Part shown: positions 1 to 5,257 of the stretch, one piece after another
Layout: each line of letters starts with the position of its first letter
Position numbering within the stretch: position 1 is the first letter of the stretch
DNA from: a virus
Taxonomy: Duplodnaviria; Heunggongvirae; Uroviricota; Caudoviricetes
Strand: one strand, 5' to 3'
Virus record (IMG/VR): IMGVR_UViG_2778261009_000010
Location: 1 to 11,825 of that record
DNA length: 11,825 nt
Translations under genes and position numbers: made by a program
Notes under the pieces: model-generated
What the model saw: only the letters and a program-made list of their open reading frames with translations
Database searches by the model: none
Told to the model about the DNA's origin: nothing

Positions 1-72
1 ATCCTGACTTTCCAGAACCATACGGACTGCCCGTTGACGGACTTCGGGGGAAAAACGAGTATTTTTAGTCAT
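1..72 (-). CDS. IS3-family transposase OrfA, N-terminal 24 codons only (5' partial, runs off the window)
   Basis: ATG is the complement of 70-72; translation MTKNTRFSPEVRQRAVRMVLESQD; preceded by GAGG-type RBS. The six-frame track missed it because it is truncated by the window edge. Confidence 0.7.
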   Translation of the reverse strand, partial: MTKNTRFSPEVRQRAVRMVLESQD

Positions 73-126
73 CCTGTTTACCTCTTTCTCAGGAAGTTTA
101 GTCTCCAGGATTCCCGGGGCGGTTCA
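1..126 (-). mobile_element. Left end of an IS3-family insertion sequence (IS629/IS1203-like), partial; the element continues beyond the window start
   Basis: Minus-strand sequence from position 126 reads TGAACCGCCCCGGGAATCCTGGAGACTAAAC..., i.e. begins with the 5'-TG typical of IS3-family terminal repeats, followed by an RBS (AAAGAGG) and an ORF starting MTKNTRFSPEVRQRAVRMVLESQ, which I recognise as the N-terminus of IS629-type OrfA. The ren reading frame ends abruptly at this boundary. Confidence 0.7.
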
Positions 127-312
127 GGTAGCAAATCGGTAATACACCGTTCGCCAGACCTTACCTTCGATAACCAGAAGACCTGCCCGTGCCATTTTAG
201 CCGCGGCCTGATTTATGCTGGTTACTGTTGCGCCTGTTAGCGCGGCAACGTCCGGCGCACAGAAGCTATTATGCGTCCCCAGGTAATGAATAATTGCCTC
301 TTTGCCCGTCAT
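124..312 (-). CDS. ren: Ren (lambda Rex-endurance protein), C-terminally truncated by the IS insertion: 62 aa retained of about 96; likely a pseudogene
   Basis: Translation MTGKEAIIHYLGTHNSFCAPDVAALTGATVTSINQAAAKMARAGLLVIEGKVWRTVYYRFAT matches the N-terminal two thirds of lambda Ren as I recall it. Its stop codon TGA (124-126) is formed by the first bases of the IS terminal repeat. Its ATG overlaps the P stop (ATGA), as in lambda. Confidence 0.75.
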   Translation of the reverse strand: MTGKEAIIHYLGTHNSFCAPDVAALTGATVTSINQAAAKMARAGLLVIEGKVWRTVYYRFAT

Positions 313-1010
313 ACACTTGCTCCTTTCAGTCCGAACTTAGCTTTGATTTCTGCGATCTTCGCCAGAGCCTGTGCACGATTTAGAGGTCTACCGCCCATGA
401 CAGGAAGTTGTTTTACTGGTTCAGGGATCGCCTCACCACGGTTAATTCTCGCAGTCATATGGACAAGCTCATCTGCGGCCTTACGGCGTAATTCCGCATC
501 AGTAAGCGCATTGGCCCGCATGTTCTGATACAGGTTGGTAACCAGCCAGTAGTGCGCGTTTGATTTCCACGGATAAGACTCCGCATCCGGATACAGGCCT
601 CGCTTCCGGCAATACTCGTAAACCATATCAACCAGCTCGCTGACGTTTGGCAGTCCGGCGATAACGGATGCTTCTTCCCGACACCATGCAACAAACTGCC
701 CGGGTGATGGCAGAAATGGTCGATTCTGCCGACGGGCTACGCGCATTCCTGCGTTAACCTGTTCCATTGTGGTGATCCCGTTTTCCCGGAAAGCCAGCAC
801 CCACTGGCGGCGGATTTCGTTCAGTTCGTTCTGGTCCCGGTTAGCCAGGCTCGCCGGGAAAGTTGCCAGTAACTGGCTGAACACACCATTGATGATCTGC
901 GCTACCTGCTGTACCTGCGGCTTTTCGTCGTACTGTTCCAGCATGTTGTTGGCGATCCGGCGCATCTGCTCACGGTCAAAGTTAACCATCTGTGCGGCGA
1001 TGTTTTTCAT
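309..1010 (-). CDS. P: Replication protein P (DnaB helicase loader), lambda type
   Basis: 233-aa translation (MKNIAAQMVNFDREQMRRIANNM...KFGLKGASV) is recognisably lambda P over its whole length; sits immediately downstream of O with overlapping stop/start. Confidence 0.95.
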   Translation of the reverse strand: MKNIAAQMVNFDREQMRRIANNMLEQYDEKPQVQQVAQIINGVFSQLLATFPASLANRDQNELNEIRRQWVLAFRENGITTMEQVNAGMRVARRQNRPFLPSPGQFVAWCREEASVIAGLPNVSELVDMVYEYCRKRGLYPDAESYPWKSNAHYWLVTNLYQNMRANALTDAELRRKAADELVHMTARINRGEAIPEPVKQLPVMGGRPLNRAQALAKIAEIKAKFGLKGASV

Positions 1011-1906
1011 AAATCCACCCCGTAAATCCAGTCAGTGTTTGTCAGGTCGAGTTTTGATTTTCCGGCTGTCACGCCAGCCTGTTGCTTGTTACGGTTGATT
1101 TCGAGTTGGGTCCACTTGTCGCGGAGTTTGGCCGGACTTAGCACGTTACCGGACCAGAAGTTGTCCTGGCATGCCCAGCGGAACAGCACGCACATGTCGC
1201 GGTGGTTACGTCCGTCACGTTCACGCATCAGGCGGATATCGTTAGCCCACCCAGCAAAATTCGGTTTTCTGGCTGATGGTGCGATAATCTTCACCATGTC
1301 AAACATCCACTCTGCGGCGGTCAGGTCTTCTGCTGTCCCCCACTTGCTGCCGCTCTGAATTGCAGCATCCGGTTTAACCACAGAAAGATCGTTTTCTGGC
1401 TGGTCAGAGGATTTGCCAGAATTCTCGGACGAATAATCTTTTCTTTTTTCTTTTGTAATAGTGTCTTTTGTGTCCCCCTGTTTTGAGGGATAGCAATCCC
1501 CCAATTTGAGGGATGTTTTATCCCTCGTTTTAGGGGATTTTCCCTCGTTTTGAGGGATACACCATTCTGAGATGTTTTTATTTGGTCCAAACATGCCGCC
1601 TTGCTGCTTGATAATATTCATTCTGACGAGTTCTAACTTGGCTTCATTGCACCGTTTGACGGGTAACTTTGTAATCTCGCTAAGTTGAGAATCGGTGATT
1701 CTGTCCATTGGTTTATTCCACCCATAGGTTTTACGCAGAATGGCAAGCAGCACTTTAAACTGTCGCTTGGTCAGATCTGCGCCCGAATAAGCCTCAAGCA
1801 GCATATTTGATAGTCTGGCGTAACCATCATCGAGATCTGCCACATTACGCTCCTGTCCGGCAAAGTTACCTCTGCCGAAGTTGAGTATTTTTGCTGTATT
1901 TGTCAT
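1007..1906 (-). CDS. O: Replication initiator protein O, lambda type
   Basis: 299-aa translation (MTNTAKILNFGRGNFAGQERNVADLDDGYARL...TDWIYGVDL) is recognisably lambda O; the coding sequence contains the ori iterons. Confidence 0.95.
   Translation of the reverse strand: MTNTAKILNFGRGNFAGQERNVADLDDGYARLSNMLLEAYSGADLTKRQFKVLLAILRKTYGWNKPMDRITDSQLSEITKLPVKRCNEAKLELVRMNIIKQQGGMFGPNKNISEWCIPQNEGKSPKTRDKTSLKLGDCYPSKQGDTKDTITKEKRKDYSSENSGKSSDQPENDLSVVKPDAAIQSGSKWGTAEDLTAAEWMFDMVKIIAPSARKPNFAGWANDIRLMRERDGRNHRDMCVLFRWACQDNFWSGNVLSPAKLRDKWTQLEINRNKQQAGVTAGKSKLDLTNTDWIYGVDL
1473..1558. repeat. ori-lambda iterons: four 19-bp O-binding repeats, flanked at 1428-1471 by the AT-rich unwinding region
   Basis: Four copies of a TCCCTC-n7-GAGGGA palindrome: 1473-1491 tccccctgttttgagggat, 1496-1514 atcccccaatttgagggat, 1520-1538 atccctcgttttaggggat, 1540-1558 ttccctcgttttgagggat. 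Adjacent T-rich stretch ttcttttttcttttgtaatagtgtcttttg lies downstream in the O reading direction, as in lambda. Confidence 0.9.
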
Positions 1907-1909
1907 AAT
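1881..1909 (+). promoter_or_regulatory. pO-like promoter for the oop antisense RNA
   Basis: -35 TTGAGT (1881-1886), 17-bp spacer, -10 CATAAT (1904-1909), reading away from O into the 3' end of cII. Confidence 0.5.
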
Positions 1910-1915
1910 GACTCC

Positions 1916-1992
1916 TGTGGATTGATCCAGTAGTTCCCTCAGAATTGCATATCAATTTGCTTAAAATCCTCGGTGGCAGCCGGGGATTTTTT
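1916..1992 (+). ncRNA. oop: oop-like antisense RNA (about 77 nt), antisense to the 3' end of the cII-like gene
   Basis: Starts about 7 nt after the pO -10 and ends at an intrinsic terminator: stem tcctcgg (1967-1973), loop tggcag, stem ccgggga (1980-1986, one G-U pair), then TTTTTT (1987-1992). Position, length and orientation match lambda oop. Confidence 0.55.
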
Positions 1993-2235
1993 CTTTGTGA
2001 TTTCATCAAGCGCATACTTAAAAGCCCTGCTAATCGGACTGATGTCTGATGCCATTCCGAAAGCACACAGGACCGAAGCAATAAACCGCCAGTCCGTTCT
2101 GCTTATCTTCGATTCATGACAGCCAATCATCTTTGCCAGACCGCGCTGGGTAATAGTTGACAGATTGATAAGTAAATCTGTTTCTGCGCGATCAACGTCA
2201 CGCTGTGATAGTTTGCTGTAACTTGTTCTTTCCAT
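1939..2235 (-). CDS. cII: CII-like transcriptional activator (lysogeny establishment), non-lambda allele
   Basis: 98 aa between cro and O; HTH-like segment LAKMIGCHESKISRTDWR; C-terminus KKKSPAATEDFKQIDMQF resembles lambda CII C-terminus (NKKRPAATERSEQIQMEF). Confidence 0.8.
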   Translation of the reverse strand: MERTSYSKLSQRDVDRAETDLLINLSTITQRGLAKMIGCHESKISRTDWRFIASVLCAFGMASDISPISRAFKYALDEITKKKSPAATEDFKQIDMQF

Positions 2236-2273
2236 TTCTTAAGATTTCCAATAGTGAATAGTTAGTTGAAAGG

Positions 2274-2291
2274 TATGCGTGGAAACGCATA
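2274..2291 (-). terminator. Hairpin between nutR and cII, possible tR1-like element
   Basis: Inverted repeat tatgcgt/acgcata with 4-nt loop; only a short U-stretch follows on the minus strand, so if functional it is probably weak or Rho-assisted. Confidence 0.25.
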
Positions 2292-2320
2292 TGGCCTTAG
2301 TTGGTCAGATATCTTGGGAC

Positions 2321-2367
2321 TCGCTTTTCAGCGACGTAGGACGAATGTCCGTTGTTACAAAGAGCGG
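2321..2367 (-). promoter_or_regulatory. nutR candidate (boxA plus two stem-loops) downstream of cro
   Basis: Minus strand reads cGCTCTTTgtAACAACGgacattcgtcCTACGTcGCTGAAAAGCga: a boxA-like GCTCTTT, then a short hairpin (ggac/gtcc), then a 5-bp stem with GAAA loop. Near-duplicate of the element upstream of N on the plus strand. Confidence 0.55.
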
Positions 2368-2373
2368 GGTTAC

Positions 2374-2601
2374 TTATGCTGCCAGAAGGTTCTTTTTGCT
2401 TATTTCAAGCAATTCGCTTGCTTGATATTTGCCACCAGAAATCTCTTCGATTTTTGAGGCGTATTTCGTTTTCCCAAAAAACTCAGTCTTAGGGAGGAAG
2501 CCGTTTTTGAGCCACTTATAGACAGCCCTTTCGCTAACTCCACAAGCCTTCGCAACTTCAGGGATGCCGACACCTTTAATCGGCTCATCAAGATTTTGCA
2601 T
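2374..2601 (-). CDS. cro: Cro-like HTH repressor, non-lambda allele
   Basis: 75 aa, first gene transcribed divergently from the cI-like repressor; HTH segment VAKACGVSERAVYKWLKNG. Confidence 0.7.
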   Translation of the reverse strand: MQNLDEPIKGVGIPEVAKACGVSERAVYKWLKNGFLPKTEFFGKTKYASKIEEISGGKYQASELLEISKKNLLAA

Positions 2602-2680
2602 AGGAATATCCCTTTTTCGTACTTTTAGTACGCATTATGGTTGAACTGAAAGTTTTTGCAAGTGCTTTAGTATCGTACTC
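2602..2680. promoter_or_regulatory. OR region: divergent pR / pRM promoters with operator-like palindromes
   Basis: Minus-strand pR candidate: -35 TTGCAA (2656-2661), 16-bp spacer, -10 CATAAT (complement of 2634-2639). Palindrome CGTACT-ttt-AGTACG (2618-2632) overlaps the predicted pR start; second palindrome AGTA-tcg-TACT (2669-2679) lies just upstream of the cI ATG. The cI ATG at 2681 has no Shine-Dalgarno, consistent with a leaderless pRM transcript as in lambda. Confidence 0.6.
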
Positions 2681-3391
2681 ATGGTTCAGAATGAAAAAGT
2701 GCGCAAAGAATTCGCCCAGCGGCTAGCGCAAGCCTGTAAAGAAGCTGGTCTTGATGAACATGGTAGGGGTATGGCCATAGCCCGTGCCCTTTCTCTTTCG
2801 TCCAAAGGCGTTAGCAAATGGTTTAATGCTGAGTCTTTACCGCGTCAGGAAAAAATGAATGCGCTTGCGAAATTTCTAAACGTTGATGTTGTTTGGCTTC
2901 AGCACGGCACTTCGTTAAATGGAGCGAATGATGAAGATAATACTCTTTCATTTGTTGGCAAATTAAAAAAAGGGTTAGTGCGCGTGGTTGGTGAGGCAAT
3001 TCTTGGTGTTGATGGTGCCATCGAGATGACCGAAGAGCGCGATGGGTGGCTCAAGATTTATAGTGATGATCCAGATGCCTTTGGTCTTCGTGTGAAAGGA
3101 GACAGCATGTGGCCCAGAATAAAATCAGGAGAATATGTACTCATTGAGCCTAACACCAAAGTATTCCCGGGGGATGAGGTGTTTGTCAGAACCGTTGAAG
3201 GACACAACATGATCAAGATTCTTGGCTATGACAGAGATGGAGAATACCAATTTACAAGCATCAACCAGGACCACAGGCCAATAACGTTACCTTATCATCA
3301 AGTAGCAAAGGTGGAGTATGTGGCTGGTATTCTGAAGCAATCTCGTCATCTGGATGACATCGAGGCAAGGGAGTGGCTGAAAAGTTTGTGA
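2681..3391 (+). CDS. cI: CI-like prophage repressor (N-terminal HTH, C-terminal S24/LexA-type autopeptidase domain), non-lambda immunity
   Basis: 236 aa; divergent from cro; C-terminal domain carries GDSMWPRIKSGEYVLIEP (Ser nucleophile motif) and a downstream MIKIL lysine, typical of LexA/CI family. Confidence 0.9.
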   Translation: MVQNEKVRKEFAQRLAQACKEAGLDEHGRGMAIARALSLSSKGVSKWFNAESLPRQEKMNALAKFLNVDVVWLQHGTSLNGANDEDNTLSFVGKLKKGLVRVVGEAILGVDGAIEMTEERDGWLKIYSDDPDAFGLRVKGDSMWPRIKSGEYVLIEPNTKVFPGDEVFVRTVEGHNMIKILGYDRDGEYQFTSINQDHRPITLPYHQVAKVEYVAGILKQSRHLDDIEAREWLKSL

Positions 3392-3468
3392 CTTCAAGTA
3401 CGCGACAAGCCCCGTCCTTCAGGGCGTGGTGGATGTCAAAATAACTTTAAATAACACACCACCAACAT

Positions 3469-3497
3469 TTAACACATTGAATTAAAAAACCTACAAT
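3469..3497 (+). promoter_or_regulatory. Candidate internal promoter upstream of the cargo operon
   Basis: -35 TTAACA (3469-3474), 17-bp spacer, -10 TACAAT (3492-3497) in the 110-bp AT-rich gap after cI. Pattern match only. Confidence 0.3.
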
Positions 3498-3502
3498 ATT
3501 TG

Positions 3503-3835
3503 ATGAGAGGCGTTATGGAACCGGTCAAAATTAAACCATCTGTGGATTATATTGAAACCTATGCGGACTTCGCTAGTTTTGCTCCACTACCGGGAGCGGA
3601 AAAAAATCTCATTTGTATACATTTTATCGCAAACAAGTCAATACCTGCGGTACTATCCCAAAATGATATACCAGATCAACCAGGTAGAGCGAATATGCAG
3701 ATAGGCTCTGTAAATGAACTCAATCAGCAATGCACTGTGATAATGCCAATGGCACAACTAAAGGCTCTTCAGGAGAATATAGTTCTTCTTTTCGAACAAT
3801 TAGAGGCACAAAACTCTAATGGAGCGAAGTCGTAA
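3503..3835 (+). CDS. Hypothetical small protein, first gene of the cargo operon in the rexA position (start ambiguous: ATG 3503 or ATG 3515)
   Basis: ORF in the same orientation as cI; GAGAGG (3505-3510) precedes ATG 3515; stop overlaps the next start (TAATG at 3833-3837). No resemblance to lambda RexA that I can recognise. Confidence 0.6.
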   Translation: MRGVMEPVKIKPSVDYIETYADFASFAPLPGAEKNLICIHFIANKSIPAVLSQNDIPDQPGRANMQIGSVNELNQQCTVIMPMAQLKALQENIVLLFEQLEAQNSNGAKS

Positions 3836-4518
3836 TGCAACAACCGGAAGAAGTAGGTGATTTAACTATTACTTACAAAACATCAAGTATTGTTAAACCA
3901 CTGCAAGTTTCCCTGAATAACGTTAATACTCGCGATTTCATGATGTTCATGGAAACAGCAAAAGGTAATCTGTTTTCTACGCCTATTTCCTCTTATTCAC
4001 CAAAAAACATGGTGGATGATGCGACCAATTCCCAGCTAACTGCTACAATCGTAGATAAAGGAGGGGTTGCCGATTGTAAAGGACAATCTAATGTTATCCC
4101 ACCGTACGAGGAAACTCCTATACAGGGAACCGCAATGTCCGATTTGAGCAGAAACGAAATACAGGCACTTCTGAAGGCAAATAAAGCTGAAGTGGATGCA
4201 GTGGCCTCAAAAATGCAGGCTGATATGGCCAAATGGCGTGAACTAATGGCTTCAGATATAAAGGAGATGAAGCATTTAGTTGTTACTCAGCACGAACAAA
4301 TCAACAGTCGTCTGGACATACAATCGAGTAGAATTGAGAGTGCCCTTGACTCCCAATCAAAAAAGATCGATGCAGCTCTTTCTGTTCAAGAGGCAAAGTT
4401 AGAAGGTAAGCTTAGTGATGTTAAGCTTGATATAATCAAATGGGCCCTTGGCTTGCCAGCATTAGCATTTGCTGTATATAAAATCTACGGATTGCTCTCT
4501 GGAGTCTCAACCCCCTAA
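3835..4518 (+). CDS. Hypothetical coiled-coil protein with a single C-terminal transmembrane helix (tail-anchored), second gene of the cargo operon in the rexB position
   Basis: 227 aa; residues about 105-200 are rich in heptad-like charged/hydrophobic pattern (EIQALLKANKAEVDAVASKMQADMAKWRELMASDIKEMK...); C-terminus WALGLPALAFAVYKIYGLL is a 19-residue hydrophobic segment; followed directly by a strong intrinsic terminator. Confidence 0.7.
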   Translation: MQQPEEVGDLTITYKTSSIVKPLQVSLNNVNTRDFMMFMETAKGNLFSTPISSYSPKNMVDDATNSQLTATIVDKGGVADCKGQSNVIPPYEETPIQGTAMSDLSRNEIQALLKANKAEVDAVASKMQADMAKWRELMASDIKEMKHLVVTQHEQINSRLDIQSSRIESALDSQSKKIDAALSVQEAKLEGKLSDVKLDIIKWALGLPALAFAVYKIYGLLSGVSTP

Positions 4519-4523
4519 TACAC

Positions 4524-4550
4524 ACCCGGCCTCAGTGCCGGGTTTTCTTT
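4524..4550 (+). terminator. Rho-independent terminator ending the cI / cargo operon
   Basis: Stem cccggc (4525-4530), loop ctcagt, stem gccggg (4537-4542), then TTTTCTTT (4543-4550). Confidence 0.7.
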
Positions 4551-4740
4551 GCCCAACGTTCGCCCACCTAAAAACACATAATCGATTGTATTTATTGAAA
4601 AACTGATAGATACAACTTGCTAAACAGTGCAACCCTGATCCCTGCCCCATCACCTTCATCCTCAACATTTACAAAAATAAAATACCTTATATATCAAAAC
4701 CATATCTCGAGGAAACGAATGAACAACAAAATTTCGTACT

Positions 4741-4790
4741 TATGGTTCTTGATTGTATCGAACCAATAGTTCATTATTATCACCATCAGC
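4741..4790 (+). promoter_or_regulatory. Putative OL / pL region
   Basis: TTTCGTACTTATGGTTC (4741-4757) repeats the TTCGTACTT...ATGGTT motif of the OR region. Candidate -35 TTGATT (4758-4763), 17-bp spacer, -10 CATTAT (4781-4786), about 35 nt upstream of the nutL candidate and about 180 nt upstream of N. Inverted repeat TGGTTC(n10)GAACCA (4752-4773) spans the -35. Confidence 0.4.
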
Positions 4791-4823
4791 AGGACGCTGG
4801 AAGCCAAACGGAACAGACTGGCA

Positions 4824-4870
4824 GGCTCTTTAAACAACGTCGAACTCTCGACTACGTGGCTGAAAAGCCA
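4824..4870 (+). promoter_or_regulatory. nutL candidate (boxA plus two stem-loops) upstream of N
   Basis: gGCTCTTTaAACAACGtcgaactctcgaCTACGTgGCTGAAAAGCca: boxA-like GCTCTTT (4825-4832), hairpin gtcga/tcgac (4839-4852), and 5-bp stem with GAAA loop (4857-4870). Matches the minus-strand element at 2321-2367. Confidence 0.55.
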
Positions 4871-4968
4871 GATCACCCAACCACATAAGCTGTGGGATGC
4901 AATGCCGAAGCAACCGTCTCAGGAGGAGCTTCGAGATTGCATCGCCAAAGTTTATTCGGGAGGAATCT

Positions 4969-5241
4969 ATGTCCAGAAAAACAAAATTTAAAGGCACCGC
5001 AGCTTCTCGCCGTAGAGCCCGTCGCGCAAATCTGCAAAGTCAGGAGGCGATCAGCTCCGACAAGCTACACAGACCAACCCCTTCACGAGTGGTCTTGCAA
5101 TGCAAGCGCAAACCAGCAATGAGAGCAGAAGTTATAACTCTGACAACGTTGACCAGAAAATATGAAGGTTCAACTTGTCTTCCGAACGTAGCTCTTTACG
5201 CGGCAGGCTACCGGAAATCAAAACAACTGACGGCGAGATGA
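4969..5241 (+). CDS. N: N-like transcription antiterminator (P22 gene 24 / phage 21 N type) with arginine-rich motif
   Basis: RBS GGGAGGAA (4958-4965) then ATG 4969; 90 aa MSRKTKFKGTAASRRRARRANLQ... with N-terminal arginine-rich RNA-binding motif; C-terminus VALYAAGYRKSKQLTAR resembles the P22 gene-24 protein C-terminus as I recall it. The track ORF 4897-5241 is an upstream extension of the same frame. Confidence 0.8.
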   Translation: MSRKTKFKGTAASRRRARRANLQSQEAISSDKLHRPTPSRVVLQCKRKPAMRAEVITLTTLTRKYEGSTCLPNVALYAAGYRKSKQLTAR

Positions 5242-5257
5242 TAAATTAATTTGCTAA

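Noticed and set aside
34-240. 68-aa plus-strand ORF at the left edge
   Set aside because: Antisense to the IS terminal repeat / OrfA start and to ren; no RBS; lies across the IS-ren junction.
455-1590. Track ORFs 455-694(-), 769-1098(+), 1035-1358(+), 1321-1590(-)
   Set aside because: Alternative-frame or antisense ORFs inside the well-supported P and O genes; 1321-1590 runs across the ori iterons.
1866-2601. Track ORFs 1866-2081(-), 2266-2457(+), 2400-2591(-)
   Set aside because: Overlap cII, the nutR / tR1 region or cro in other frames; the HTH-containing frames 1939-2235 and 2374-2601 are the credible genes.
3993-4232. 79-aa minus-strand ORF inside the 227-aa cargo gene
   Set aside because: Antisense to a gene with operon context and start/stop coupling; no independent signals.
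4694-4876. 60-aa minus-strand ORF
   Set aside because: Covers the putative OL/pL and nutL elements; AT-rich low-complexity translation; more likely regulatory DNA.
4897-4968. Upstream 24-codon extension of the N ORF (MQCRSNRLRRSFEIASPKFIREES) and alternative frame 4892-5122
   Set aside because: The extension would run through the nutL hairpins; the strong RBS GGGAGGAA precedes ATG 4969, which gives an N protein of typical size.
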